Below, piece by piece: positions 40,101 through 52,100 of a DNA stretch of 64,000 bases. Positions within the stretch are counted from its first letter, which is position 1. Each line of letters opens with the position of its first letter. Location of the stretch: NCBI RefSeq assembly GCF_001447785.1, contig NW_015163605.1, positions 212,787 through 276,786 of the forward strand, read 5' to 3'. The position numbers were made by a program, and so were the translations under genes. This DNA is from Gekko japonicus (lineage: Eukaryota). The notes below the pieces were generated by a model that saw only the letters and a program-made list of their open reading frames with translations, was not told where the DNA came from and searched no databases.

Positions 40101-43100
40101 CCCCTGCACACAGTCTTAGCATGAATCAGGGCCCCATACACCTGGGAAAAAATATTTTTTTAAAATGCTGAAAGCTCTGCCCATTGAGTTTCAAGTGTAG
40201 CTGAGCCCTTACTTTGATTCTTAACACTCACAATAGACCATGCAAAAGAATTCAGTACATCATGCAAAGTGATGTAGGTGGGGTGGGTTTCCCAAAGCTT
40301 ACAATTTTAATGAAACAACCAGGTATCACCTACCAGTTGAAAAGGCAGCAGAGGTGGATAGAGAAAAGAGAAACAAATGAGGAAGGATAAGCAAAGGTGA
40401 ATTTGTCTTTCCAGAAATTCTTGCAGTAACACAGTGGCCATGGTGTGTATCCAACCATACAGTTCCTCCAATTGAATGGCATTTCTGTCTGTGGAACGGG
40501 TTTGGTGATTTCCACCAATTGCTGAAGATCCCCACTTTGCCCCTTATGCTGTTGCTTAGGGTCCACTGACTTCACAGGAATTAGAAATGTCAGAGGATTC
40601 AGTGGAGAGGAGGGAGAGGGGTCGCTGTGGGCCAGCCGATCGGGGGGAGCGGAAACGCCGACTCCCTGCAAGGCCCCTTTAACTGCAGGGAGCTGGCATT
40701 TCCCCGATCTTCGCAGAGGTCAGGCGCGCGGGGAAATGCCGGCTACCTGCAGTTAAACCCCCCCCCCGGGAAGACAGGACTTGACAACCCTATCAGTGAG
40801 TGGCAGCAGGAGGCAGAAGCTCCAAAAGTCCCAAGGTCCAAAATCCACAGATGGCTGAATACTTACCACTCCTTGTCAACAACCATTGACTTTGTCCATT
40901 GACTGTGGTTAATTTTTCTCTCTGAATGAGGGGCCTTGATTCAGTGATACTCATCACAGTGGAAAAGACAGACCTGGGCAAATATGCCCCAGAGTTGTTC
41001 TCCCTTTCTCCGTCCTCTCCTGCTTCATATTATGGAACTGTAAAAACACTGCTGCAGCGAGAACGAAATCCTCTCACCTTCCAGAAACCCAGTAAGATAA
41101 ACCCACCTGCTCACAATCCATGCCCTCAAAAGCATGTGAATTATTATAATAATAATAAGAGATTGGATTTATACCCCGCCCTTCACTACCCAAAGGAGTC
41201 TCAGAGCACCTTACAAACTCCCTTCCCTTCCCCTCCCCACAACAGACACCCTGTGAGGTAGGTGGGACTGAGAGAGCTCTGACAGAAACTGCTCTTTTTC
41301 AAGAACAGCTCTTATCAGAACTACAGCTTGCCCAAGGTCATCCAGCAGGTGCAAGTGGAGGAGTGGGGAATCAAGCCCGGTTCTCCCAGATTAGAGTCTG
41401 CGCACTTAAGCACTACACTGCACACTTAACCACTACACCAAACACAAATAATTCATTAATAAAGATATAGAACACTTTTAAGTAAATGAATATGCCAAAT
41501 TTCAGTGCTGTGTGCATCTTGGCCAGTTTTTGCTTGCCGATCTAGCCATTGTGCCGCACATACACCCTGTTATCAGGGTCCTTTTATTTATTTGTTTGTT
41601 TGTTTCATTTGTATCCCGCCCTCCCTGCCAAGGCAAGCTCAGGAGGGGTTACAGGATACTAAAGGTACTATTGGTACTAATAAGTGCTAACAAGTGATGG
41701 CGGCGGTCTCTCAGCATCCTGATGGTCAACTACCACCATACTCTGGGCTCTTGCCAGGCTGTTGGTTATTAAGTTGGTGTTGGTATTGGGGCCAGGGCCA
41801 TAATACTGGGAGGTGGCACACTAATCGAAAGCCTGGTGGAAGAGCTCCATTTTACAGGCCCTGTGGAACTGTAAAAGGTCCCGCAGGGCCCTGATATCAT
41901 CTGGGAGCTCATTCCACCAGTACGGGGCCACCACAGAGAAGGTCTTGGCCCTCGTCACAGCTAGCCTGGCTTCTTTAGGGCCTGGTAGGGCCAGATGGTT
42001 TTGAGACCCCTATCTTAGTGCTCTCTGGGGAATGTGTGGGGAAAGGCAGTCCCTTAGGTAGGTCCCTGACCGTATAGGGCTTTAAAGGTAAGAATCAACA
42101 CCTTGAACCAAATCCGGTATGCTATAGGCAGCCAGTGCAGTGCTTTTAGCTGGATGTGCTCCCGCATTTTCTGACACAACATAAAAGTATACATTTACAC
42201 TGAACTGCCTGAGCTGACATTACCTTCGCACCTGCACAATTTCTTTTTAAAGGAGAAAGTAAACCCAGCCACTTTGCCTCCTCGGAACCCAGCTGCCTCC
42301 CTGCTCCCATCTCCTCTCTCCCCGCTCTATTCCTGGATGAGCACTGGGGCACGCTGCATCAAATTCACAGGCAGTACAGATGTGAGCAGCATGGTTATGT
42401 ACAATTATTCAAATCCAACACTACTGGGGGGGAACCCTCCAAAGAGGGCTTTCAAACCTGGAAGGAGAGAATGTTTAGGGATGAAGCCTATCGAGGCATG
42501 TACTGAGACAGTGGGGGCCAACGACAGGACAGAGTGTATAGTGGGGAGTCTGGACATATTTTGAAATTGAAATCAATTAGCTGCAGGCAGGATAGCTGAA
42601 CCAGTCTCAAGGAACAACCCTAAGCAGGTCTACTCAGAAGTAGGTCCCATTTTATTCAATGAGGCTTACCTCCAGGAAAGTACATTCAGGACTGCAACAT
42701 TACGGTACCATCAAGAGCAGAGTTACACCTTAAGTTCACTGAAGTCAATGGTCTTAGAAGGCTGCAACTCTGAGATTGCACTGAAAATGGAACTGCCCCC
42801 TACTTGTGGCAAATGCATACTCAGCTTTTCAGATTTCGGTACAGGGATCAACTGCAGGGATCAGTACTTGGATCATTTGCAACTGGCACACTCACATCTC
42901 ACGAGGCTGATCACTGTAAAGGAAAGCAAGCTTCCCCCCCCACCTCATTAAACAAAAAGGATATTGAGCCATCAAAGCCGGACAAAGCTGGTTATTCGGC
43001 ATGAACACACAGTGCATCATAACAAAATCATGAAAGCCAGGATCTGCGGAAAGAAGACCAAAAGCAACCACATTATGTTCCAAAAGCATGCTGTGCCACG

Positions 43101-46100
43101 ATAACTTTCTGTTTCAGTGAAAGGCTTTGTAGGTTCCCTAAATAAGACCAATGATTCAGCTTGGTCAGAGATATTTTGTATTGATTAAACATCTATAACT
43201 TAATGGGGAACTGCTTTTTGACCATCCACTGTGATGAGATACAAAAGACCAAACTACACAGGAGGTTCCACAAATGAGCTCTCAAGCTACCCCCCCCTTT
43301 CAAAAGCAGGAACGCACAGTCCCAAATCATCCTGATTCAAGCTAGGGCCCTGCATGGAGAAAAAACTTGGATGTTTATTCACAGAACTCCCGGTATCCCA
43401 TGTAGTTTTGGTCCTGATTTATAAGTGTGAAAAGCAAAACAAAAGAAATGACTGGGAGGATATTAGGTGCACCACATATAAAATGGCTAGCTAACTGATT
43501 TTTTTTCTAGAAGTCTAATGCATAAGTACCAGGTTTTCTATATGAAAGCTTAAAGGCAGTTTCAAATGTGCTTATACTGGGCATCTGAGCAACCTGACAA
43601 GAAAGGCTGATTCATTATTGTATTCAAGTCTTTCTGTTCTTTACAATGCACTTGCAATTTCAATCTTAGCTTTCTTAAAAGAACAGTTTTCTTCTAGCTC
43701 TCATGGTTTGGACATCCAAAATAATTAAGCCAAATATTAAACATTATGGGCAAATCAGAGGTTTGAGTTCATAATTTATTGAGGAATCTGGGTTACCTTA
43801 GTTTAGAATTTTGACCTTTTTTAAAAAAAACCCACAGAGTTCATACAGCTCTGATATATCTGGATCTAATTCTGATTTGCTTACAGGCCATTCCCCATGG
43901 CATTGTAAGGTCCAAGGTAATGTAAAAACAATTCACTACAGTTAATCTGCAGTGTGTGAATTGGTTAGTCTCTATCTGATGTGAGACAGTGTGGAGTCAT
44001 GGTTGAAGTGCTGGAATAGGACTAGGAAAACCCTCTATGTTCATGTAGTTCACTGGATAATCTTGGGCCATTCAGTCTAACCTACCGCACAGAGTTTGTA
44101 TGTTGATAAAATGGGGACGGAAGACCCCTTGAACTCTGGAAAAATGGCTTGATAAAAATATAACAGGCTGACAGCTACTTTTCCTTAACACTGTTCCATA
44201 TATTATCTTGGCTGGTCCTCTTGAGTATTTAACTGTTTATACAAATGTTCTATTTGCATGGGGACCATAATGTTGAGGGAACATAAGAACATAAGAACAT
44301 AAGAACATAAGAGATGCCAATGTTGGATCAGGCCAAAGGCCCACCCAGTCCAACACTCTGTGTCACACAGTGGACAGAAATACCAGGTGCCATCAGGAGG
44401 TCCACCAGTGGGGCCGGGACATTAGAAGCCCTGCCACTGTTGGCCCCCCCCCAAGCACTAAGATGACAGAGCATCACTTGCCCCAGAGTCCCTATCTATA
44501 CCTTGTGGCTAATAGCCACTGATGGACCTCTGCTCCATATGTTTATCTAATTCCCTTTTGAAGCCGTCCATGCTTGTAGCCGCCACCACCTCCTGTGGCA
44601 GTGAATTCCAAGTGTTAATCACTCTTTGGGTGAAGAAGTACTTCCTCTTATCCGTTCTAACCCGACCGCTCAGCAATTTCATGGAGTGCCCACGAGTTCT
44701 TGTATTGTGAGAAAGGGAGAAAAGTACCTCTTTCTCTACCTGCTGTATCCCATGCATAATCTTATAAACCTCAATCATGTCACCCCTCAGTCGTCGTTTC
44801 TCCAAGCTAAAGAGCCCTAAGCGCCTTAACCTTTCCTCATTGGGAAAGTGTTCCAACCCCTTTATCATTCGAGTTGCCCTTTTCTGCACTTTTTCCAAAG
44901 CTATAATATCCTTTTTAAGGTGTGGTGACCAGAATTGCACACAGAGGGAGAACCATGCCACAAGAAGATGACTCTCAGCAGTCCCGTAGCCAGGAATGTT
45001 TTGGGACGAGGCGCCAGTGCACCGGGGAACTGAATTTAAATTTAAATTAAGGGGGAGGGAGTGGGGGAGGGGAGGAGTGCACCTGGGCGGTCCCTCAGCC
45101 CCCCACCGATGGCCACGTGCCTGAGTCGTGGTTCAGACGTCGGTCCCACAGCTGAGATCAGGGCATCCATCTGGAGAATGGCTCTCCAGGTGCTGGATCC
45201 TTTCAGTTGGGGCAGCTTGCTCTCGGTGCCTGCCCCGGCCAGCTGCAGCCACCATGAGCAAAGGCAGTCCTGATTGGGAGAGCCGCAAGGCTGCACAGCC
45301 GCCAGTCCCAGAGCAACGGAGTGAGACGGTGGCAGCCTAAGCCCAGCAGGAGGAGGAGGGAAATGCGACAAGCGGGTCTGGCTGGGATGGGCTCCTTGGC
45401 TGTGCTCTGGCTGCTGGCTTTAGGTCTATATAAAACATTGCTCCATGTGTGGTATGGAGAGAGTGGAACTGATGCTGTAGCGCACACAGGCACAGCTCCT
45501 GTCTGACAGCCGGGCCAGCCACGAGGCTGTCTGGGCATTCAAGAGCACCTGCGGGCCTGTCAGTTTCTGAGAGCGCTATAAGGCTGCTATGATGTCATGG
45601 AATGTTTTGTAAATATTCAAACAGCTCTTCCTGAAAATGTGGTTCATTTATGAGCTGGGATTGCTAAGAAGAGGCAAAAGAATGAGAGGACCTAAATGAT
45701 ACAGAGATAAGGTAAGTAAACAAAAAAAGGGGCACTGTGAATAAGGAGCCCGAGAAGGTGGAAGGAGAATAAGGAAAAGGGGAATGGCAAAATGTCAAGT
45801 AGGACTTAGGGAACTAAGGGCAAGAAAAGGGGGGCTGCGTGTTGTTGTAAACAAAACAGTGTTGAGGAATAAGAGTTTTGGAAACCTGGGTATCTGGGCC
45901 AGATTGAGCTATGAGGCCAAAGAGATACTGTTGAGGACTACGTTTTACGTTTTCTTCAACCAGCTGGACAAATCATTGGTTGCAAACCCTGAATAAATCA
46001 ACAACTGAAAAGTCTACAAGCCTTGTACTGTCCTCATGGTAATCCACTGCTTCAAATCGAAGTATTGTGGTCACCCGTACTGTCTAGTACTTAAAAACAG

Positions 46101-49100
46101 CTTTCAGCTGAATGTGCACACAATCCAAATATTCAAGCCATTGTTTTTTGTGCATAACAAAACTGTTTCAGATTCTTCTTTTTTATTTGTCTGCAAACAT
46201 AAAAATTTAATTAGTCACCGCAGACATTTGCACCTCCTGCAACTGAAAAGAAAAAGGAGGAGGGAGGACAATTCATGGGTGAGATCCTTTGGACTGATTA
46301 CAAGTTCAGCCAAAAGCTATTTTCAAGTACTCACAGGCAAGGGTGACCTAGTGTTTTGATTTGGTGGCTGAAACTGCAACGTTCTGGGCTGACAATGGAA
46401 CACTGCCCCAAGACTCTCTGGAAAATAATTTCAAAAGAGGCAGCTTTGCTTTGTTTTTTACAAAATGTACCCAACAAAAATTAAAAACTTGGCACCAAGT
46501 TCTGAAACAAGGTTGTTTATGAACTCATGGAGACTGTCTTCTACTAAGTCATAACTCTGGTTTGTGTAGCTCAATACTATCTTTTCTGAGTGGTTTCAGA
46601 CACAGAAAGAACTTTCCCAGTATCTGCTACCTTATACCTTTCCCCCTGGAGATACCAGAGATTGAACCTGGAACCATCTGCATGAAAATCAGGAGTTCTA
46701 CCAATGAGCCATGGACTTGCTTCCAAAGAATGGCATCCAAAGTGGCATACAACCTCGATAAAATAAAGCATCAGGTATTGTGGATTTTAGTCAATATATG
46801 GAAAGCACCAATTACACACAATGCAAATGGAAGCCTCGACTATAGTTGTGCAGTTAGGTTCCCTACAACCCTATTAAGCAGAATTTAAGTAGCCTGTGTG
46901 AAGAACTGCAACCCTCATTTCCTATATTACTGTACAATTACTGAGTCCAGGTATAAAGTGTTTAGTCAGCCTACCTGTTCCTTCGCTTGCTTCAAGACGC
47001 ATTGTTTCTAGGAAGTGTTCTAAAATTTTCTCTGGGGTTCCTGACATCACAGTATACCTGAATGAGGAAAAGGAAAACCATCAGCAAAGAACCGGTCTGA
47101 GACTTTTGGAGGAGGAAGGAGAGGGTATAACTGTATCAAATAAATAATGTAGGTAAACTTGTTTAGCATTACCTAGACAACCTTTACAGACTTTCTTTTA
47201 ATGTTGTGATTTTTAGCATACATTAATTATTCTACATTTCATAACACCAGACAGTTTTATCACCTGACTTACAGTGCAAACCTATGCACATTTACTCAGA
47301 AGTAAATCCCACTCCCAGGTAAATATGCACCGGATTGGAGCCTTAGGTTTATTGGCTTCCATTTCAGATTGGACAAGGATAATCTGGGATCGAAAAATTA
47401 CAGAAGAAATACGAGTGAGAGCCATACTGAATCAGGCAAGTAGTCCAGCTAGTCCAGCATCCTTTTTCATACAGAAAGTAGTTAGAAAGATAGATAGAAG
47501 AGCAGGGAAGTGTTATTTCCAGTGTTTCCCAGTTTTAAGGACAAGCAGTGGCTACTTGCTAAGAGTAAGTTATGGGAGTCCAGCAGGTCCATGGTGAATG
47601 TGGCCCCTGACATTACCCTGTGGTGTGAACACTGGTGCCTCCTGTGGTAAACCGCCCAAGGTTTGGGCCATTAAATCACCCAATTTTTTAAAAAATATCA
47701 TTGTTATTGTATGTTATTTCCTATACAACGCTATTACTTCCTTCAGTATGTACCTGCATTTTCTTTCTTTTTTGAGCTTGGCATAAAAACATAAGAAGAG
47801 CCATGATGGATCAGACCAAAGGCCCATCTCATCCAGCATTCTGTTCACACAGTGGCCAACCAGCTACCTCCACAAACAAGAAGACTGAACAGCATCCCCC
47901 CAACAACTGATTTAAAGAGGCATGCTACCTCTGGTACTGGAAGGAACAGATATCCATCATGACTGATAGCCCCGTCCTCCATGAACTTGTCCACTCCCCT
48001 TTTAAAGCCTTCCAAGTTGGCAGCCATCACCCCATCCTCTGTAAAGAAGTACTTCCTTTTGTCTGTCCTGAATCTCTCACCCGTTAAGCTACAGTGAATG
48101 ACCCTGAGTTCTAGTATTATGAGGGAGGGAGAAGAGTTCCACTCTCTCCATACCACACACGGAGCAATGTTTTATATAGACCTAAAGTCAGAACAAACAT
48201 GGACTAAGCAAGTGCTGCGACATGATTACAGTTCAGACTGCTCTGAAGAACTGCTGTTTCGCAGCCCCACTTCCTTTTTTAAACCTGTAATGCACCACTT
48301 GGTGCCCATAACTTTGCATCATTTTACTGCATTCGAAGGGGGGGGGGTATGAAACTTCTTCCCTTGCCAAAAGAAGCTCCTGCTGAGAAATAAGTGGTGG
48401 AGCTGAGCTCTGGGAGCTCCTCCGTACTTTGAGAACTGGGCGTCACACAGTTCTTTTACCTGCCAGCCCCTTGGGAAGAGCAGCATTGATGTGCCATGTT
48501 AAGCCAAGTGCACGTCCTTCAGAGGTACTATCTTGGGGAGTGAAGCAGAAAGACACACGGAGAGAGTTCAGTTTGTTGAAGTTTGAATATAAAAGTGAAA
48601 ATGAAACACTCGAGGTGAAAACTAGTTGGTAGGCATACCCCCTGCATGAAATCTGTTAGTGGGGCGTGTGATTGCCCAAGAAGAGAGAGTTGGTAGGTTC
48701 ATCTATGCAGCAAGCTCTTCAAACAAACGAGCAGAGACAGGGAACTGCTGCATATGGAAAGGACCCAACTGGCATTTCTAGCAACATGCTCCTCAAACCG
48801 AAGCCAACATTTCTAAAGCGATAGGGGCCAGGGATAAAAGCTTCTTAGGCCCCGTAACTTGTGCACTGGAGAACGTTAGTAGGGCTGCCAAGTGGGGGCG
48901 GGTAAACCCCTGCTTTGGAGGCCCGATTTCCGCCGCCACGGAATTGGGCCCCAGGGGGAACCCCACCCCGGCGTGCGCGTCACCAGGAAGTGACGTTATG
49001 ACGCCGGGCACGCTGGGGGCGAGGCCACGACCATCCGAGGGGAAACTCTCCGGGATCTACCCAGGAGTCCCCTGCTGCGGAGGTAAGCTATACTTGGCAA

Positions 49101-52100
49101 CCCTAAACGTTAGAGCCAAAAAAGTTGGGTCTCGTGTTCCCCACAGCCACACAGTAGCTGCAGAGAATAGCTGATATAATAAAAAAGAGGAGAGCCCAAG
49201 CAGACTGGGCACGGTGCTGTAGTGGAAGAAAGGAATCCTGCCTTCCCACAAGCCGTTTTCTCACATGAACACACTGGAGCGGGGGAGGTTTTTTTTCCTG
49301 ATTATGCTGTTCCATGTGAAGCATCTGTGCACATGAGGCAGCAAAATCAGGGAAATGACTCCTCCCCAGCATGATTTTTCTCTCAGGAAACCAGCTGGGG
49401 GGGGGGGGGGACGGCCCCCCTTTTTAAAAAAAAAAAAAAAAGAAAAATATTTTTTGAGGAGGCCCTTACCCCTGTCTCCAGGTGTGTGAAAGATTCTTGT
49501 GATGGTGAGCCAAGAGCATTCTGAAGCTGCCCTCTCATCTTTATTGTCCAGTCCCTAATAGTGAGAGCATCTCCACAATATGGAGTTACAGTGGTTTAAT
49601 GGCCACTCCCTTTTCGCCAGGAAATTCTTGGGATTGTGGGCCTGTGAGGAGGGAGGGACGCTGGGGATCATCAGGTCATAATTGTTTAGGGCAAGCCATG
49701 CCAGTTAGTGACATAAGAACAACTATGGCTGTGTTCAGACAGGCAGTTTGGCCCGATATAGATTAAATGGGCTCGTTCACATATCCACATCTGGCAGCCA
49801 TTCCCCTGTCGCACTCCCCCTGTCATATGACGAGTTGGATACGGAGTAAATAGACAGCAGATGAATTCTGGTGCTAATGGATCCCTGCGCATTCATCCTG
49901 TGTTTCCGGATGTCTAAATGCCTCTGGTGCATGCTCAGACTGGTTCGGAAGTGTGAACCTTTCGTTCTGGCTTTGTCATGTTGTTTTAAAATGGTGGCGC
50001 AAATGTGCATGTGTGCATGTGCGCACATGTGCACCTAAGAAATGTTCTCCAAAAAGGTCAACGTTGTTATTTTTTCAAAAACAAATAAGACCAGACTGCA
50101 CACTCCGTGGTTGACGCGCAGCACTAATCTGAACGGTCAACCACAGAAGAAGCGTGCAGTGAGGCTGGATCAGGGTGGGAGTCTGGACAAAAATCTCCGT
50201 CACAAAATGCAACAGAGTGGCGCGCCCAAACCATGCCAACCTGCCAGTCTGACTGCAGCCTATGTGACTTTCTCATTTAGACAAGATATATAATGGAAGG
50301 AAAGGTTTATTTTTCAGATAGCACAGGGACAAAATATTTCCTTTTTCCTGTTCAAACTCAACAAATATGACAGTTACTCCACATGGGAATTTCTGGAACA
50401 CCATAAGATAAATTCCAAAAATCTATTTATAATTGAGAGTCAATAACCAAGAACTAAATTTGCCGCCAATAATAGCTGAAAAAAAATGTACTTTGACAAA
50501 ATCCTGAGGGTTCCCACAATGAACAGAATAAAATGAGCATGTGTGCAAATAGGGCCAACAGCAGCAAGGAAGACGTCAACAGAAGAAAGAAATAAACAGT
50601 GCAGAGAAGAGCCGGGCAAATGTATTGCCTACATGTCAAAAATTGCAGAGAACTGAAAGAGCTTTTTGATATGAAATTGAAAATAAAATATATCAAGCAA
50701 TTTCAACCAAGTCTTAACTTTAGTGAATATGTAACAGGGAGAAACAGAGACAAACACACAGAAAATAACCACTGGAGATTTTGAAAAAAAAAATCAAATG
50801 TACATTTGTGTACAAGTTGCTGGACACAAAACTGGCTAATGCCAGTTTAAATTGGTACAGTTGCATTGAGTGAGAATAGTTTTAAAAAACTGGAAAAACT
50901 CCCAAAACTCCAGGCTCAAGAATTCACAGGACATCACTTGACAAGCTCAGCTTGCCCTAACAGATAAAATGTGGAAGAGAGTTTATGGAAATCAATTTGT
51001 GCAAACCATTATCATTAAAAAGTTGTACCATATGGTAGATAATCAAACACCATATTAAAATAATCTAAAAAAAAAATAGCCATAGCAGTTTCATGTATAT
51101 GTTATTACTTACAAAAGGAACCTCAAGGCCCAATGCAAAGACAGAGAGAAAAGGATAATCTATGCAAAGTTTCATGGTAATGTTGGAGCGGATTTGCAGA
51201 AGTCTGAGTGTGAAATGTGAGCCACAGTTGAGAGATCACAGCTCAGCAAAAGCCATACACTGTGCTTATTGGAAGCTTCATCCCTGTGATCACCAAGTAA
51301 AGAATTTCTGTTTGGCATTTTGGAGAGCTGATGCCCATAGAACAATGGGCTATTGGCATGCACAACAATTAGATGTGAATACTTAGTGGAGACCCCAGTA
51401 GCCTACTATCCTATTTCAATTATTTCCACAAAAGTGCTGACCCTGGTGTCGGCATTCTCAATCATTTGAAGCAAGTGATTGTTTCCCCACGGGATTCTGC
51501 GTGCCCAGGATTTGATCCACATGTTCCTACTTCTGTGTGACAGAGTGTTGGGCTGGATGGCCTGATCCAACATTGGCTTCTCTTACGTTCTTATGAACCA
51601 TGGTTGATGATACAAAATAGTTGCNNNNNNNNNNNNNNNNNNNNNNNNNNNNNNNNNNNNNNNNNNNNNNNNNNNNNNNNNNNNNNNNNNNNNNNNNNNN
51701 NNNNNNNNNNNNNNNNNNNNNNNNNNNNNNNNNNNNNNNNNNNNNNNNNNNNNNNNNNNNNNNNNNNNNNNNNNNNNNNNNNNNNNNNNNNNNNNNNNNN
51801 NNNNNNNNNNNNNNNNNNNNNNNNNNNNNNNNNNNNNNNNNNNNNNNNNNNNNNNNNNNNNNNNNNNNNNNNNNNNNNNNNNNNNNNNNNNNNNNNNNNN
51901 NNNNNNNNNNNNNNNNNNNNNNNNNNNNNNNNNNNNNNNNNNNNNNNNNNNNNNNNNNNNNNNNNNNNNNNNNNNNNNNNNNNNNNNNNNNNNNNNNNNN
52001 NNNNNNNNNNNNNNNNNNNNNNNNNNNNNNNNNNNNNNNNNNNNNNNNNNNNNNNNNNNNNNNNNNNNNNNNNNNNNNNNNNNNNNNNNNNNNNNNNNNN

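Larger units (their letters stand above)
33931..42964 (-). other. RAPGEF4: U12-type (minor spliceosome) AT-AC intron of RAPGEF4, 9034 nt
   Basis: 5' splice site ATATCCTTTT (42955-42964), branch site TTCCTTGAC (33941-33949) and terminal AC (33931-33932). The join CA|T gives His in frame. Confidence 0.95.

Noticed and set aside
44281-44311. CRISPR-like or other repeat arrays
   Set aside because: (ACATAAGA)n is the CR1 3' tail; no repeat-spacer array is present and the DNA is eukaryotic.
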